Source: the human T2T-CHM13v2.0 reference genome, Homo sapiens
Strand: one strand, 5' to 3'
Assembly (NCBI RefSeq): GCF_009914755.1
Contig: NC_060934.1
DNA: 64,000 nt
Below, piece after piece: positions 1 to 13,513 of the stretch (positions are counted from its first letter, which is position 1; every line of letters starts with the position of its first letter). Below the pieces are notes generated by a model, which saw nothing but the letters and a program-made list of their open reading frames with translations, searched no databases and was not told where the DNA came from. Position numbers and translations under genes: made by a program.

Positions 1-6
1 GCCCAG

Positions 7-409
7 TGTATTAGACCATTCTTGCAGTGCTATAAACAAATACCTGAGGCTAGGCAATTTATAAAGAAAGAGGTTTAATTGACTTATGGTTCTGCAATGT
101 GTACAAGCTTGGCTCCCAGCATCTGCTTGACTTCCAGGAAGGCCTCAGGGAGCTTTAACTCATGGTGGAAGGCAAAGTGGGAACAAGCACATCACATGGC
201 AAAAGCAGGAGCAAGAGAGAGAGTTGAGAGAGAGGTACCATACTTTTAAACAACCAGATCTCATGAGAACTTACTCACTATCATGAGGACACTACCAAGC
301 CATTGAGGGGTCTGCCCACATGACCTAAACACCTCCCGCCAGGCCCCACCTTCAATACGGGGGATTACAGTTCAACATGAGATTTGATGGGGACATTCAA
401 ACTATATTT
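7..409 (-). mobile_element. MSTA/MSTB-type LTR (3' LTR of provirus)
   Basis: Reverse complement of the MST LTR consensus (aaagaggtttaatt...ggcctcaggg...catgagatttg...caaactatat). Confidence 0.9.
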
Positions 410-2115
410 TTCTGCCCCTGGCCCTGCTAACCTCATGTCCTTCTCACATTGCAAAATATAGTCATGCCTTTCCAACAGTCCCTCAAAGTCTTAACTCATT
501 CTAGAATCAACTCAATCAAAAATCCCAAGTCCCCAATCCAAAGTCTCATCTGGAAATGAGTTCCTTCCATGTATGAGCCTGTAAAATTAAAACAAGTTAT
601 TTACTTCCGAGATACAATGGGGGCATAGGCATTAGGTAAACATTCTCATTCCAAAAAAGAGAAATTGGTCAAAAGAGAGGGGCTACCGGCCCCATGCAAT
701 TTTGAAACCCAGCAGGGCAGTCATTAAATCTTAAAGCTCCAAAATAATCCCCTTTGACTTCATGTGCCACATCCAGGGCATACTGGTGCAAGAGGTAGGC
801 TCCAAGGGCTTGGGCACCTCTGTACCATGGCTTTGCAGAGTTCAGCCCCCAAAACAACTCTCATAGGTTGTTGAGTGCCAGCAACTTTTCCAGGCACAGA
901 CTGCAAGCTGCTAGTAGATCTACCATTTTGGTGTCTGGAGGATGGTGGCCTCCTTCCCGCAGCTTAACTAGGCAGTGCCCCAGTGGGGACTGTGTGGAGC
1001 TTCCAACCACACGTTTCCCCACTGCATTGCCCTAGTAGAGGTTCTCTGTGAGGGCTTTAACCCTGCAACAAGCTTTTGCTTGGGTGCCCAGGGTTTTTCA
1101 TACATCCTCTGAAATCTAGATGGAGGCTGCCAAGCCTCCTTCACTGTTGCATTCTGCATGCCTACAAGCTTAACATCGCATGGAAGCTGCCAAAGCTTAT
1201 GGCTTACACCCTCTGAAACAGCAGCCTAATCTATATCAGGGGCCCTTTGAGCTGAGGATGGAGCCAGAGTGGCCAGGATGTGGGGAACATTGTCCCAACG
1301 TTGTGCAGAATAGTGTGAAGCTGGGGGGAGGGTGAGGGGGTTGGGTAGGGGTGCAGGTGTGAGTGGGGAGGGTGTCCCTGGGCCTGGACCATGAAACTAT
1401 TCAGTCTTCCTAGGTCTCTGGTCCTGTGATGAGAGGGGCTGCCTCCAAGATCTCTGAAATGCCTTTGAGGTCTTTTCTCCATTGTCTTGGCTATTAGCAC
1501 ATGGCTACTTTTTACTTGTGCAAATCTCCTAAAAAGTGGTTGCTCCACAGTCTCCTTGAATTCATCTCCTAAAAAAGCTCTTTCTTTCTTTGCCACATGA
1601 CCAGGCTGCAAATTTTCCAAACTTTTATGCTCTTACTCCTGTTTAAATATAAGTTCCAACTTTAAGTCATTTCTTTGCTTCCACACCTGAATGTATGCTG
1701 TTAGAAGCAACCATGTCATATCTTGAATGCTTTGTTGCTTAGAAATGTCTTTGGCCAGATAGCCTAAATCATCACTCTGAAGTTCAAACTTCCACAGATC
1801 CCAAAGGCATGAATAGAATGCAACCAAGTTCTTTTCTAAGACATAACACAGGTGACCTTTGCTCCGGTTCCCAATAAGTTCCTCATTTTCATGTGAGACC
1901 TTATCAGCCTGAACTTCACTGTCCATATCACCATCAGCATTTTGGTTACAATCATTTAACCAGTCTCTAAGAAATTCCAAACTTTATTTCATCTTTTTGT
2001 CTTTTTCTGAGCCCTCCAAACTCCTCCAAACCTCTACCTGTTACCCAGTTCCAAAGTCACATTCACATTTTCAGATATCTTTATAGCAATTCCTCATTCC
2101 TTGGTACCAACTTTC
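410..2115 (-). mobile_element. MST-int internal region with decayed MaLR ORF
   Basis: ORF 1633-1980(-) NADGDMDSEVQADKVS..EELIGN.SKGH.CY..WKFELQSDDLGYLA..ISKQQSIQ resembles the MaLR internal ORF remnant; it is broken into several frames. Confidence 0.9.
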
Positions 2116-2325
2116 TGTATTAGACCATTCTTGCATTCCTATAAAGAAATACTTGAGACTGGATAATTTATAAAGAATAGAGGTTTAATTGGCTCACATT
2201 TCTGCAGGCTATACAAGCATGGCCCCGCATCTGCTCAGCTTCTACAGAGGCCTCAGGGAACTTTTACTCATGGAAAAAGGCAAAGCAGGAGCAGGCATGT
2301 CACACAGCAAAAGCAGGAGCGAGAA

Positions 2326-2377
<52 letters not shown>

Positions 2378-2569
2378 GGGAGCAGGGGAAGGAACCATAC
2401 ACTTAAACAACCAGATCTTGTGAGAACTCTTTCACTATCATGAGAACAGCACCAAGCCACGAGGGATTCATCTCCATGACCCAAACACCTCCCACAAGGC
2501 CCCAGCTCCAACACTGGGGATTACAATTCACCATGAGATTTGGCAGGGACATATATTCAAATTAGATCA
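2116..2569 (-). mobile_element. MSTA/MSTB-type LTR (5' LTR of provirus)
   Basis: Paralogous to 7-409; ends ...caaattagatca, followed by the TSD. Confidence 0.9.
2329..2376. repeat. (GT)24 microsatellite inside LTR
   Basis: Perfect GT run read directly. Confidence 0.97.
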
Positions 2570-3202
2570 CCCAGTCATAAAATATAGTCTTAGAATTTCT
2601 TTTATTTTTTTTTTGTTAACAGGTGTATCTCCTATCATTGTTTAATAAAAACTGTGCCTCAATTCATTATTTCAGTTACTATGTTAGAGTCTTTACTTTT
2701 AGAATAGGATCTCATGCCTCCAATATTTTGGTGACCTCATGTAATTAACATGCAGTTTCACGGAGGAATGTGAATTTAGGTAGGATGTGGGGACATCGGG
2801 GTCCCTTTCTCACAGTGAAACCACGCTTTTGTAGAACTGACTGCTTACTCTCCCTGGGAGACATGAATGTATTATCCCTGCTTTGTTGGAAAACAAAGGT
2901 TATATATAGTCTCTGTGGAGTGTGTCAAGGTAAGGGGTTGAAGGAGAGGAAAACATGACAGTGGGAAGGGATGCTGGAATAATTTAAAGCAGAAGGGAAC
3001 AGAAAAAGAGAAGAGAGTCACCAAGGAAAGAAAGGCAGCATCAGCTATATATACTCCTGATAAGTGGGTTTGTGCCATGTCAATGTCTGAGCCTTTCATC
3101 TTTGTTTGCAAAATCATTCAACTATGGGATACTTCAAACCAATGTTTCCAAAAGTGAGTGGCTTTTAGGTGGCAAATATTTTTCTAGATATAAATGTATC
3201 TC

Positions 3203-3842
<640 letters not shown>

Positions 3843-4331
3843 TAACCAGCACATCTATGTATGATAGTGAAAGAAACTTCCCCTTAACAAAATAAATAAA
3901 TTTAGATTTTTTTAAGAGTCAAATTTGCTAACAAGGATTAAATAACTCATAGGTGGTGATCCTTGAATATGTCTAAAATCATGAAGATCGTATGTGAATG
4001 ACAAGTTTAGGAAATATATCTCTAAAAAGACCTTCTGTTTGTAGGTTTATCTTTCAGCTTTTTAAAAGTTTACCGGTGTAAGGGAGTGATCCTGAAAAGG
4101 ATAAGGGTGAATTCTTGCCAGAACTGACTTTTTCAAAGTGCGCATGTTCCCTGCTCACCTCCCCACTGACACATTCTGACAGGTCTCTATTCCCTTCCCA
4201 GCTCCCTCTGACTTTGCATGGTGTGGAGGCAGAGGAAACGGCTGAGAACAACTAACTCCAGTAAGGCATTCCTAGCTCATTCAGGTCCAAAGAAGGAAGG
4301 GGGAAACAGCCACAACAAAGCAGCCCCCAAT

Positions 4332-4391
4332 ACACACGCACCACACACACACACACAGAAACACACATACACACTCACACTCACACACACA
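4332..4391. repeat. Imperfect (CA)n microsatellite
   Basis: Read directly. Confidence 0.9.
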
Positions 4392-7350
4392 GTTTCTTTA
4401 TCCACTATATTGCAGGCCATTCAATATAGCAGAAAAAAAATCTTGAGACAAAACTGTCTACTTGGAGACATTTTTGTTCAGTTGATTAATTCTGTGATTT
4501 TACATTTTTTGAACATGGAAGCCCAGGGTATGGTTCATAATATTTTCAGTCTAGGAACAGCTGAATGAAGTAACAGTCTTTTAAGAAGGGTCCTCAAAGC
4601 GAAGCAGGTTCATTTTCTAGAAGAACAAAATCCTTCTGGGCATTTTTGTGTGTTCCATTCAAGTCTGAGATAAATCCAAGAGGGGCTTGACAGATGTGAT
4701 TGTCATAGTGTACTGGGACCAAATTACTCTGGGTGCCAAGAACTAATGTTAAAATAAAATTGGAAAGTTATTTCTTTCCATGCTGCCCCCTTCTCTGAAT
4801 CTCCAAAGCATTTGTTTTGTAAAATCCTAAGTAGAAACACATTTTGGTGCCATAATTTCAAACAAACCATCTCTTTTTGAACTCTGCAGCCCAGAACACA
4901 ATAGCATATCAAGTTCACAAAATTTCAGATAAACCACGTTCAAGCTATAAAAATGACCCCCCACCAAAAGTCTTAATTTTTCCCACATCTCCTTTCTTTT
5001 TCCCACACTACTTTAAGGAAGCTCAGCTTTGCTGTCTCTTTGACAAGGGTTGCTGCTGTGGAGACACACACTGTTGCCCAGTGGCTGAATCTATTCATAA
5101 TTTAGTTTAAGTTATCTTTTCCTGGTGGAGTCATTTTGACCACATTTACCATTTTGTGAGGCACAAAGTAGGCATTAGTGAGCGACTGAACACTCAAAGA
5201 AAGAAATGATTGGATTAAAATTGGGGTGCATTAACTATCATTCACACAAGAACTGTCTTATCAACCTGTTTTTACAACTTGCTCTGAGATAGAAAAAAAA
5301 GAAAAGTATTATTGTTCTGAGCTCTGCATTTTGCTTAAACTAGTGTGCTTAAAGCAGTTAAATACTACCATATTGCTTTTTAAAGTCATTTAAAAATACT
5401 CTAAGTTCAATAATCCATTGAACATTCAAATGTCACTATTATTATCTATTTATTTGGATACATATGGCTGTCTTTGTTTAACTTGTTGAAAGTAGTACCA
5501 CATTAAAATAACCTGAATAAATGACCAGAATAAATAAAATGACTTGAAAGTTGCTCAGAATAATTGCAGAGAAGTGAGAGAAGCCAGAATAATTCCTCTT
5601 CAATCAGGTACCCAAATGTTTTATTATTGTACAAATGACTTATACACATATTATAGTAGCCTAAAAGTTTTAAAAATATGGACATCCTTTAGGGCAAAAA
5701 GGTGTAAATCTCTAAGAGGTAGAGTAGAAAACATGATTTATTCTGTTTTCCTAGCATTGCTAGTTTCCAGGTGTTCACCGTTTGATCCAGCTACAGGCAA
5801 TGATTTTCTGAAGTGGTTTCTGATGGTGTCTGACATCATTTATAGTACTCTTGAACAATCTTGTAATGTGCTAAACTACACCAAATTAAGTGAGTTAGTG
5901 GCCAAAAAAGAGTCCAATAGACCCATGGGTATCATGAGTGTTTTGCTACATGCTGCCTCTTGTATTCACTGCTCAGAGGGAAGAAGTAAAGTTTTTCTGA
6001 TCCTCTGATATATCAAGTGGTGGATTTGGTGGAGAGCTATAGAGAATCTGGGACAAGTAGGAATGGATTGAACAGTCTTAAGCAAGTGGAAGTTTACAAG
6101 TTGCCAGACTGTGTCCTTTGTGATCATTCATGTATTTATTCATTCAGTCAGTCAATCACCAAATATCCATTGAAGTGCTGCTCTCTGTAACATGTGGCAA
6201 AATATGTCGTGTGGGAAATAAAGATGAGAGAGATCATGACCTTGAGCTAAAGGAGTTTATAGTGAGAAAGAGAGATGGCATAGAGAAATGAGTTAATGTG
6301 AAGGCACAATCATGTGTCAACATTAAAGCAATAGCGTGTATACGTTCAGAGGTAGGAGAGATTGCTTTCAGCTGGAGTGATCAAGAAAATACTCACTCAT
6401 TCATATGCCCATTGGTTTATCACATATACATAGTCAGGTACTATGGTAAGCACTGAATACACAACAGTGAAGGAGAGGGTAAGCAGGCAGTTAAAATGCA
6501 TTCATCTGATCACTCAAACAATATATATTGAGGGTCTACTGCATGACAAGCTTTGTTCCAGACTCTGGGGGTTGTTTGATGAATAGGCAAAGCACTTTCT
6601 CTCACAGAGCTTACATTCTAGTAGGGAAGATAATCAACAAGCAAGTAAATACATAATAATGCAATTTTAGATCATTAATGCTGCAAAGAAAGTAAATTGG
6701 TTTAGCAGGGTAGATGATGAAAAGACATGGAAGGCTATTTTAGATTGGATGGCTAGGGAAAGGCTCTGGAAGGGAAAGATCTAACTGATGAGAGAAGTTG
6801 GCCACAGAAGACCCAGATGTCATGGGAAGTGCCAGTGAGAGGGAGGAGCGTGGGGATGTTGAGGAACAGATAGGCAGCCCAAGAGGTCACCATAAGGGAA
6901 GTAGTGGAGGGGAAGCTGGACAGTGGCTGGGGCTAGATCTTTTGGGCCCTGAGTCCATAGTCCAAGAACTTGGGAAGCTACTGGAAGATTTTAATCAGAA
7001 TTGTGATGGGATCTGAGTTTAAGAGTTGGCTGGAATTGTTAAGAATGGAAGAAGCAGGAAAACTACTTAGCATGTTGAAGCAACAGTCTACAAGAAAGAT
7101 GAGGAGTAGCTTGAACTTGTGTAGTAATGGTGGATTCAGTGAGGAGTAATCAGGATTTGGGTAACTTTTTTAAATAGAGAGGATAAAGCTGATGCATGGG
7201 ATGTGAAGTGGGAGAAAAAGAGAGGAACCAAGAATAAATCCTATGGTTTTAGGCCTGAAGAACTTGTGGATTTTTGCACACTTGACTGATATGAGGAAGA
7301 CCAGGAAGAAAATGGCTTGGGAGAGGAAATTAAGAATTCCGTTTGAGCAT

Positions 7351-7811
7351 TATATTGGTTTCCTAGGGCTAATGTAACAAATTACTCTGACCTTGGTAGA
7401 TTAAAACAATAGAAATTTATTCTCTCACAGTTCTAGGAGCCAGAAGTCCAGGTGTCATCAGGGCCACGCTCCCTCTGGAGGCTCTAGGGGAGAATCCGTC
7501 CTTGCCTCTTTCAGCTTCTAGTGGCTCCGGACATTCCTTAGTTTGTAGCAACATGGCTCTAATCTCTGCCTCCATCTTTACATGGCCTTCTCTTTTGTGT
7601 CTATGTCTTCTCCTGTTTCTTTTAAGGACATTTGTCATTAGATTTAGGGCCCACCTGGATAAACTAGGATGATTAATCTAGAGATCCCTAACTTAATTAC
7701 ACCTGCTAAGACATTTTTTCCAAGTAAGTTAATGGTCATATTAACTTTATGCATGGCGTTAGGGTTAGGGCATGAACATATCATTTGGGGGCCACCAACT
7801 CAATCCCCTAC
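7351..7811 (-). mobile_element. MLT1 solo LTR (MLT1C-like)
   Basis: tttcctagggct..aaaacaatagaaatttattctctcacagttctaggagccagaagtcc..gctctaggggagaatcc..atttagggcccacc. Confidence 0.88.
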
Positions 7812-8781
7812 TGGAATAGTAAGTCCAGAGGTCTTGTAAAAGGTCTTCCTGCCTAAAAAGGAGGCAGGAAGAAAATTAAGACAGCACTGTGGTCCTGGAA
7901 GCCACAGCATTTCAAGGCAGAAGTTGTGACCAACAGTGTCAGATGTTGCTGAGAAGTCCAGGAACATGAGAATAGTAGACTCATCACTGGGTGTGATAAT
8001 ATGGTGGCCTTTACATGTGTGGTGTCATTGGAATGGTGGGGCTGAAAGGCTTAGCAGCATGGATTACAGATAGAATATGCAGTAAAGTAGGAGAGAGTGC
8101 CAGAAAGGACGTCTCAATCAAGGAGTACAGCATGCTATGAGAGAAAACAGGAGCAGCCAAGATTTGGGTGGGGAGGGAACAAGAAAACATTTCAGGAGAA
8201 CTGACATCTGAATTGAGACCTGAAGGCTGAGTCCCATTTAGCCAGCAGCCAGTCCAAAAAAAAAAAAAAAAATAGGAAGAGAGTTTTTTAGATATCTAGA
8301 ATATAAGGAGCCACCAATAGGTTTTATGTAGGACAAAGATATAAACAAATTCGCATTTCAGAAACATGACTCTGGCTGATGAGTAGTGAATGGATTAGTG
8401 ACTAAAGGTAAGTAGCATAGGGTGTGTTGCTCCATTCCAAGCAATACCTGGTGGCAGCCTTTACTGAGAAAGAGGTGGTAAACAGGGGTGATATTAATAA
8501 TACTGAGTAATCAGTGCTCTAGGGTCACTGGCCAATCAAAATGGATGCTAGCTCCAACAACTACTGTAAATGTACTGGCACAGGACCACAGAATATAATC
8601 TGCTTGTATACTTAGGAAGGACTGAATAGGTCCTAGAGCAATTGAGAGGTTATAGTTGACAAGATTTGTTTATGGATTGCCTTATTACTTAGGAGCTCAG
8701 CAGGACAAGTAGGTCTGCCGAGAGGAGGTGGGCAAAGTTTCAAGTTCAATTTGGGTCAAGCTGAATTCAAGGAGTGGTCCA

Positions 8782-9058
8782 GGCTAGGTGTGGTGGCTCT
8801 TGCCTGTAATCCCAGCACTTTGGGAGGCCAAAGCAGACAGATCACTTGAGCCTAGCGTTGGCAACATGGCAAAATCCCATCTTTACAAAAAATTTAAAAA
8901 TTAGCTGGGTGTCATGGCACACGATTGTAGTCCTAGTTACTTGGGAAGCTGAGGTGAGAGGATCACCAGAGCTTGGGAGGTCCAGGCTGCAGTGAGCCAT
9001 GATTGCACCACTGCACTCCAGAAGCCTGGGCAACAGAGTGAGACCCTGTCTCAAAAAA
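8782..9058 (+). mobile_element. Alu, AluJ-like with small left-arm deletion
   Basis: J diagnostics ggctgcagtgagccatgattgcacc, gagaccctgtctc. Degenerate TSD aaggagtggtcca / agggagtgttcca. Confidence 0.9.
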
Positions 9059-9993
9059 GGGAGTGTTCCAGACCTGTAAGTGCAAATATCCACTAGGCCT
9101 TGGAGAGGGCTGGGCTGGCAATATGGTTTTGGGCATCATCAGCATGTGGACAGGTAATGAAAGCCAGGAGAGGGAATGAGTGCACCAGAGGAAAGCCACA
9201 GAGTCAGGAGTAAAGAAGGCCAGGGATAGAAACACCAGCCCTTGATGCATGAGCAGAGGAAGAAGAGGCTTCAAAGAAGTGAGAAAAGGAGGGCAGAGAA
9301 GAAGGACAGAAGCCAGGAGAACTCAATGTCAAAGAAGCAAATGGAAAAAGTGTGTCAGGAAGAAGGAAATGGTCAAAGGAGTCTTGTGCCACAAAGAGAT
9401 CTAGAAAGAGAAGGAAGGAAAGATTCTTTGGGTGGAGCAGCAACAACATCATTGATGAGTTTGGCAAGAGCAGTTTCAGTGTGATGGTGGAGGTAGAGGA
9501 CAGACAGCAAGGAGGTGACAGGAAGAGGTAAGAATATAGAAACAGTGAAGTTGGAAGTTCTTTCAAGGTAAGAAGGGGATGGGAAATAAAGTGTTAGCTG
9601 GAAGGGAACGTGGAGCTGGGGAAGACCTGAGCATGTTGAAATGCTTCCTGTGCTCGTGGATTCCACATCTTTGTTTCATAAATTGGGAAGGCAGTCTGTG
9701 TCAGGCTCTCTGGTGGCTTTGGGATGGGAAAAACTCAAAAGAGAAGGACGTATTGAATACCTAGGTGGAAAAGTGAATACTGAAGAGGCTGAAGATTCTG
9801 AGAAGCTGGGAGAGAGCAGGATAGCCCTTAGATCCGTATGAAGGAAACTGCCACATCCCTTGAAACTAAAAGGAAAAACAAAGGATGATTGCCAAGATAG
9901 ATTTGAAGGTTATGTGGCAGAAGCTGATGGGGTTACTATCTTGTGTTTTATATTTTCATAGTCATTTGGAGAAGGAGTGAGACTAGGTGGATG

Positions 9994-10138
9994 AATCAGC
10001 CTTCGGCTCCCATCACTACAGAACTATTCTTGTCGAGGTCGCCATGACCTCCAATGTTGCTGATGGTCCTCGTCTTATTAGCAGCATTGGATGCAATTGA
10101 TTGTTCCTGTTCCTTAAAACACTGTCTTCTGTAGCTTT
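9994..10138 (+). mobile_element. L2 RT-region fragment
   Basis: aatcagccttc..gaactattcttgtcgaggtcgccatgacctccaatgttgct..gcagcattggatgcaattgat matches the L2 RT segment. Confidence 0.7.
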
Positions 10139-10139
10139 A

Positions 10140-10300
10140 TCAGATATATTTTGTACATTACTTCAAATAATCTGGGCCCCACTTCTTACTCCAGCCACTG
10201 CTCTGGGGGAACTGTTACATATAGGGTTCAGCTAGCTTTGTCCATGCACAAGCTAACCATGTCTTCCTTCTCTTGCTTCCTGTCCTGGGGTTTCCAGGCC
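10140..10300 (+). mobile_element. ERVL LTR fragment (LTR33-like)
   Basis: ctgggcccc..ccagccactgct..tctcttgcttcctgtcctgggg resembles the 5' part of LTR33 as recalled. Confidence 0.4.
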
Positions 10301-10479
10301 ACCCCCTTCCTTAGCTACCTAGTGCTGGTGCAATGGGTCAATGAAAATGGGAGGTCAGGAGAGGAAGGGGAGAGGACGTGATGGCAGAGATGGATCTTCA
10401 ACAGGGGAAGAATAACACAGACTTCCTCTCACCTAGGCTTATCTAGCTACTGCCATTTAAAGTTGATATTATTCATCTC

Positions 10480-10602
10480 TTTCCAATAGAATAGAAGCTC
10501 CATGAGGGTAGGGATTTTTATGTCTTGTTCATTGCCCACCATCTAGAACTGTACCTTGCACATAGTATACTTTCAATAAATATTTGTTGAATGAATAAAT
10601 GA
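10480..10602 (+). mobile_element. L2 3' end
   Basis: aagctccatgagggtaggga...cacatagta..caataaatatttgttgaatgaat. Confidence 0.85.
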
Positions 10603-12619
10603 TAGAATTAATAATGTGATTTGTTTATGCAGCCATGAATATCATCAAAAGGGCAGTCTGGGTGGAAGAAACAGCTTAAGCAAAGGGCGGAAGACAAGCA
10701 TTTTCAGGTTATGTGTCAAGGGCAAGGATTAGTTGTCCCATGTTGAATAATTTGCTTACAGAACTACTTTTTATTCAGAACTTTTGATACACTTCATTGT
10801 ATAACAGTTCACTGTCTGAATGTTTTCAAACAAAAGCGAGTAGAATAAAACCTGGAGAAATTGTATCTGGCACATACCAAGACTGTTGTCCAATGACCAA
10901 AAACAAAGATGGCAAGGCTTCTAAAACAACTCTTTCCACTTTCTGACTGAAAAGATAATATAGAATGAATAAATCGGACAAAGTAGCCTACTACTTAGAG
11001 AAGTGTATCTTTTACCTATAGCACCCAGATTAACTAATATTTCCCTAAACAACCAAACTTTTCCTCTCTTCATATTGCCTGTGCTAACAGTTTCTTAGGA
11101 TACTAATTATTGGACTTTAATAAGGATAATATAAATTTTTTTTAAAGGCAGTTGTTTTTAAAATAAAAGAGAAAATCCAAGCTTCTCTAACTTCTAAGCT
11201 ATTTTCCAGAAGCCCCTAGTTGTGTTTATTTTTGCTCAGGGACTATCTCAGCTTCAGTGTGGTTCAGACGTACAAAGTCAGCTTACGTGCCCCGCAGAGC
11301 TACATTTATGTAATAAATGGAACACATTGCCTCCAGCTCCCTCACTGGATACAAGCAAGACTCTATGCACTGCTAGGCTGGGTGGCGCTTCTTGAGTTTG
11401 AGAACTTATTGGTCGTCTTGGAGGAGGACATGACTGCCTACTTGCATGGCGATGCCTCTGATGAAGGCAGTGCTTCCAAACTGCCCTCCCTCTTCCCTCA
11501 TCCCTCCCTTTACATGATGCTTCCCTATCTAACTAGTAATAGATCAATTAATTCTTGAAGGTGCCTGAGGATATTGACCACACCTCTCAAGGAGGGAAGT
11601 ACATATGGGTGTTGACTAGAGTTCATTAATCCTAGGGCTAATCTGGTACCTTCCAATGGACACATTGGAGTGGAAGCTCCTGAGGCCTTCAGCAGCCTAG
11701 TTGAGTTAGAGGTTATAGAAAAAAGAAAATAACAAGGATGATGGATAAACTTTTAGCATTTCTGCAATAGTAAGAAGGATATTGCATCATTTTTAGGGCA
11801 TTTAACAGAAATTATTATAGCAGTAGCATATCTGTGTCCACCACACAAGTTCTTACGTACATTTAGTTCAAAAGGAACATTTATTGCACTTTAAAGTGCT
11901 TCTTGGCTGGCATGGTTCTCTTTACTTTCTCTAAGGCACTAAAGAACACAAGGATCTTCTTTTTGCAATAAGGAATTGAGTATATGGATCACTCAGTTTG
12001 AATGCCAATCTCAGTGAGTCAAACATCCAGCATTTCTGTTCCCCTGACCCCATATCTGGAAAATTGCCTCCATTATTCATTTAGTTTCTTTCTGTAGCTA
12101 GAGCATTTCTTTATATTTTCACTTGGTTATATAAATGACTTTGGAAGTATACAAGTAATTTTTCAAGGTAAACAGTCCATTTTTGTTGCAAAGGACCTTC
12201 CGGGGAAAGCACACAGCTCCCACTTCTTCCTGCCAGAGCTTTTTTAACAGGCAGCTCCAAGATCTTTATCATTTATGTCAACCTAATTTTGTTGATAGCT
12301 TTGGTTTGACTGAGAGATGGATACCTCACTTTTTCTGCTGTTCCATTCCTATACCCTACAAACTGAAGGCTTCTCTGAAACAATGAGATCTGCATAGTGT
12401 TTTGTTTATAATTCAAATGGACAAGTTGAAAATGTCATTGGTTACTCAGCTACTTATTGTTAGTTTTATTGTTAGGCATGGAGAAAAGGCATTTATATGG
12501 AATTTTTGTATAGAAAGAAATGAGGATGTCTTAGTTTTATGCACACACACACACACGCACAGAAACACTCATGCTTATTTTAAAGTACTAATACCAGAGG
12601 TGATTTTAGGGTTCTTTAG

Positions 12620-12735
12620 TACAATCCATTTATTTTGCAAAGGGGAAACTGAATCCAACAGAACTTAATTAGTTGCCCAATACTATAGAACTAATTGTTC
12701 ATAAAGTCAGAATTAGAACCTAGACCTCCTGAAAG
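12620..12735 (-). mobile_element. MIR fragment
   Basis: ttttgcaaaggggaaactga..ttgcccaa..agaattagaacctag, the MIR core. Confidence 0.7.
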
Positions 12736-13448
12736 TTTTTTTCCTTGCTATATAGTCTGAAATCTATGAACAGTGTAAATAGAAATCATGACCTCAGATG
12801 ACATGAGGTTTACTAATTCATTGATTAGCCTTCTTATGAATGTATTGGATCAATAAAGACACAGATATTCATTCCAATAATTGCTCCTCTCTGTCCATCT
12901 CTGCTTTTAGATGTATCTAAGTAAATGTCCTCTGCATCAATCAGATTGTGGCTCTCATTGTTTCTTGGGTAATAGTGCTACTAATATGCCTTGTTTAGAA
13001 TGTAATATATATGATATCTGGAAAGACTTCTCTTATGGATTTTTTTGTAAGAAGAATAATGACTTTTTTATACAATAACAGTTAACCTGGCTCTGTTTTC
13101 AAACAAAACGACATATTAGTATCATTTCTAGTTAACCATATCATCCAAGTATTCAATTTTCTTTGCAGAATAGAGCACATTTACATCCATTTTGATCATA
13201 TAAACAAAAACGTAAGTAATTCTGAATGTAACCATGCTCAGATTTCCTCAGTCAGACAGAGAGCTGATAAGTGTTTAATGGCTGGGGAATAATAGGGAAG
13301 GAAAGGGAGGGAGACCGTCCTTAAAACTCGGATATAAACTAGAGGGAGAGAGAACAGGTGCCAAAAATATAAAGAAGAGTGCCTGGGTGCACAGAAACTA
13401 TCATCCTTGTGCAAACATCAGGTTGGATTTATTTATTGAAAGTAGAAG

Positions 13449-13513
13449 TGCACATGTACCCTAAAACTTAAAGTATAATAATAATAATAAAGGAAAAAAA
13501 AGACAAAAAAAAA
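13449..13513 (+). mobile_element. Extremely 5'-truncated young L1 (L1HS/L1PA2-3-type 3' end) plus A tail
   Basis: tgcacatgtaccctaaaacttaaagtataat followed by A-rich tail. Perfect TSD GAAAGTAGAAG at 13438-13448 and 13514-13524. Confidence 0.92.

Larger units (their letters stand above)
7..2569 (-). mobile_element. Full-length MST (ERVL-MaLR) provirus: LTR-internal-LTR
   Basis: Two homologous LTRs (7-~409 and 2116-2569), both starting tgtattagaccattcttgca, flank an MST/THE1-int-like interior. Perfect 5-bp TSD CCCAG at 2-6 and 2570-2574. Confidence 0.95.
6124..9965 (-). mobile_element. Cluster of L2 (LINE2) fragments, interrupted by MLT1 and Alu
   Basis: Repeated cattcattca L2 3' ends near 6125, 6395 and 6498. 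RT remnants HHTETALAKLINDVVAA and LFLDLFVAQDSFDHFLL in ORFs 9373-9666 and 9204-9566(-). Confidence 0.8.

Noticed and set aside
669-1980. Four minus-strand ORFs of 62-129 aa
   Set aside because: Frameshifted remnants of the MaLR internal region, not a gene.
5544-6008. 154-aa ORF
   Set aside because: Non-ATG start, no recognisable domain or exon structure; compatible with chance.
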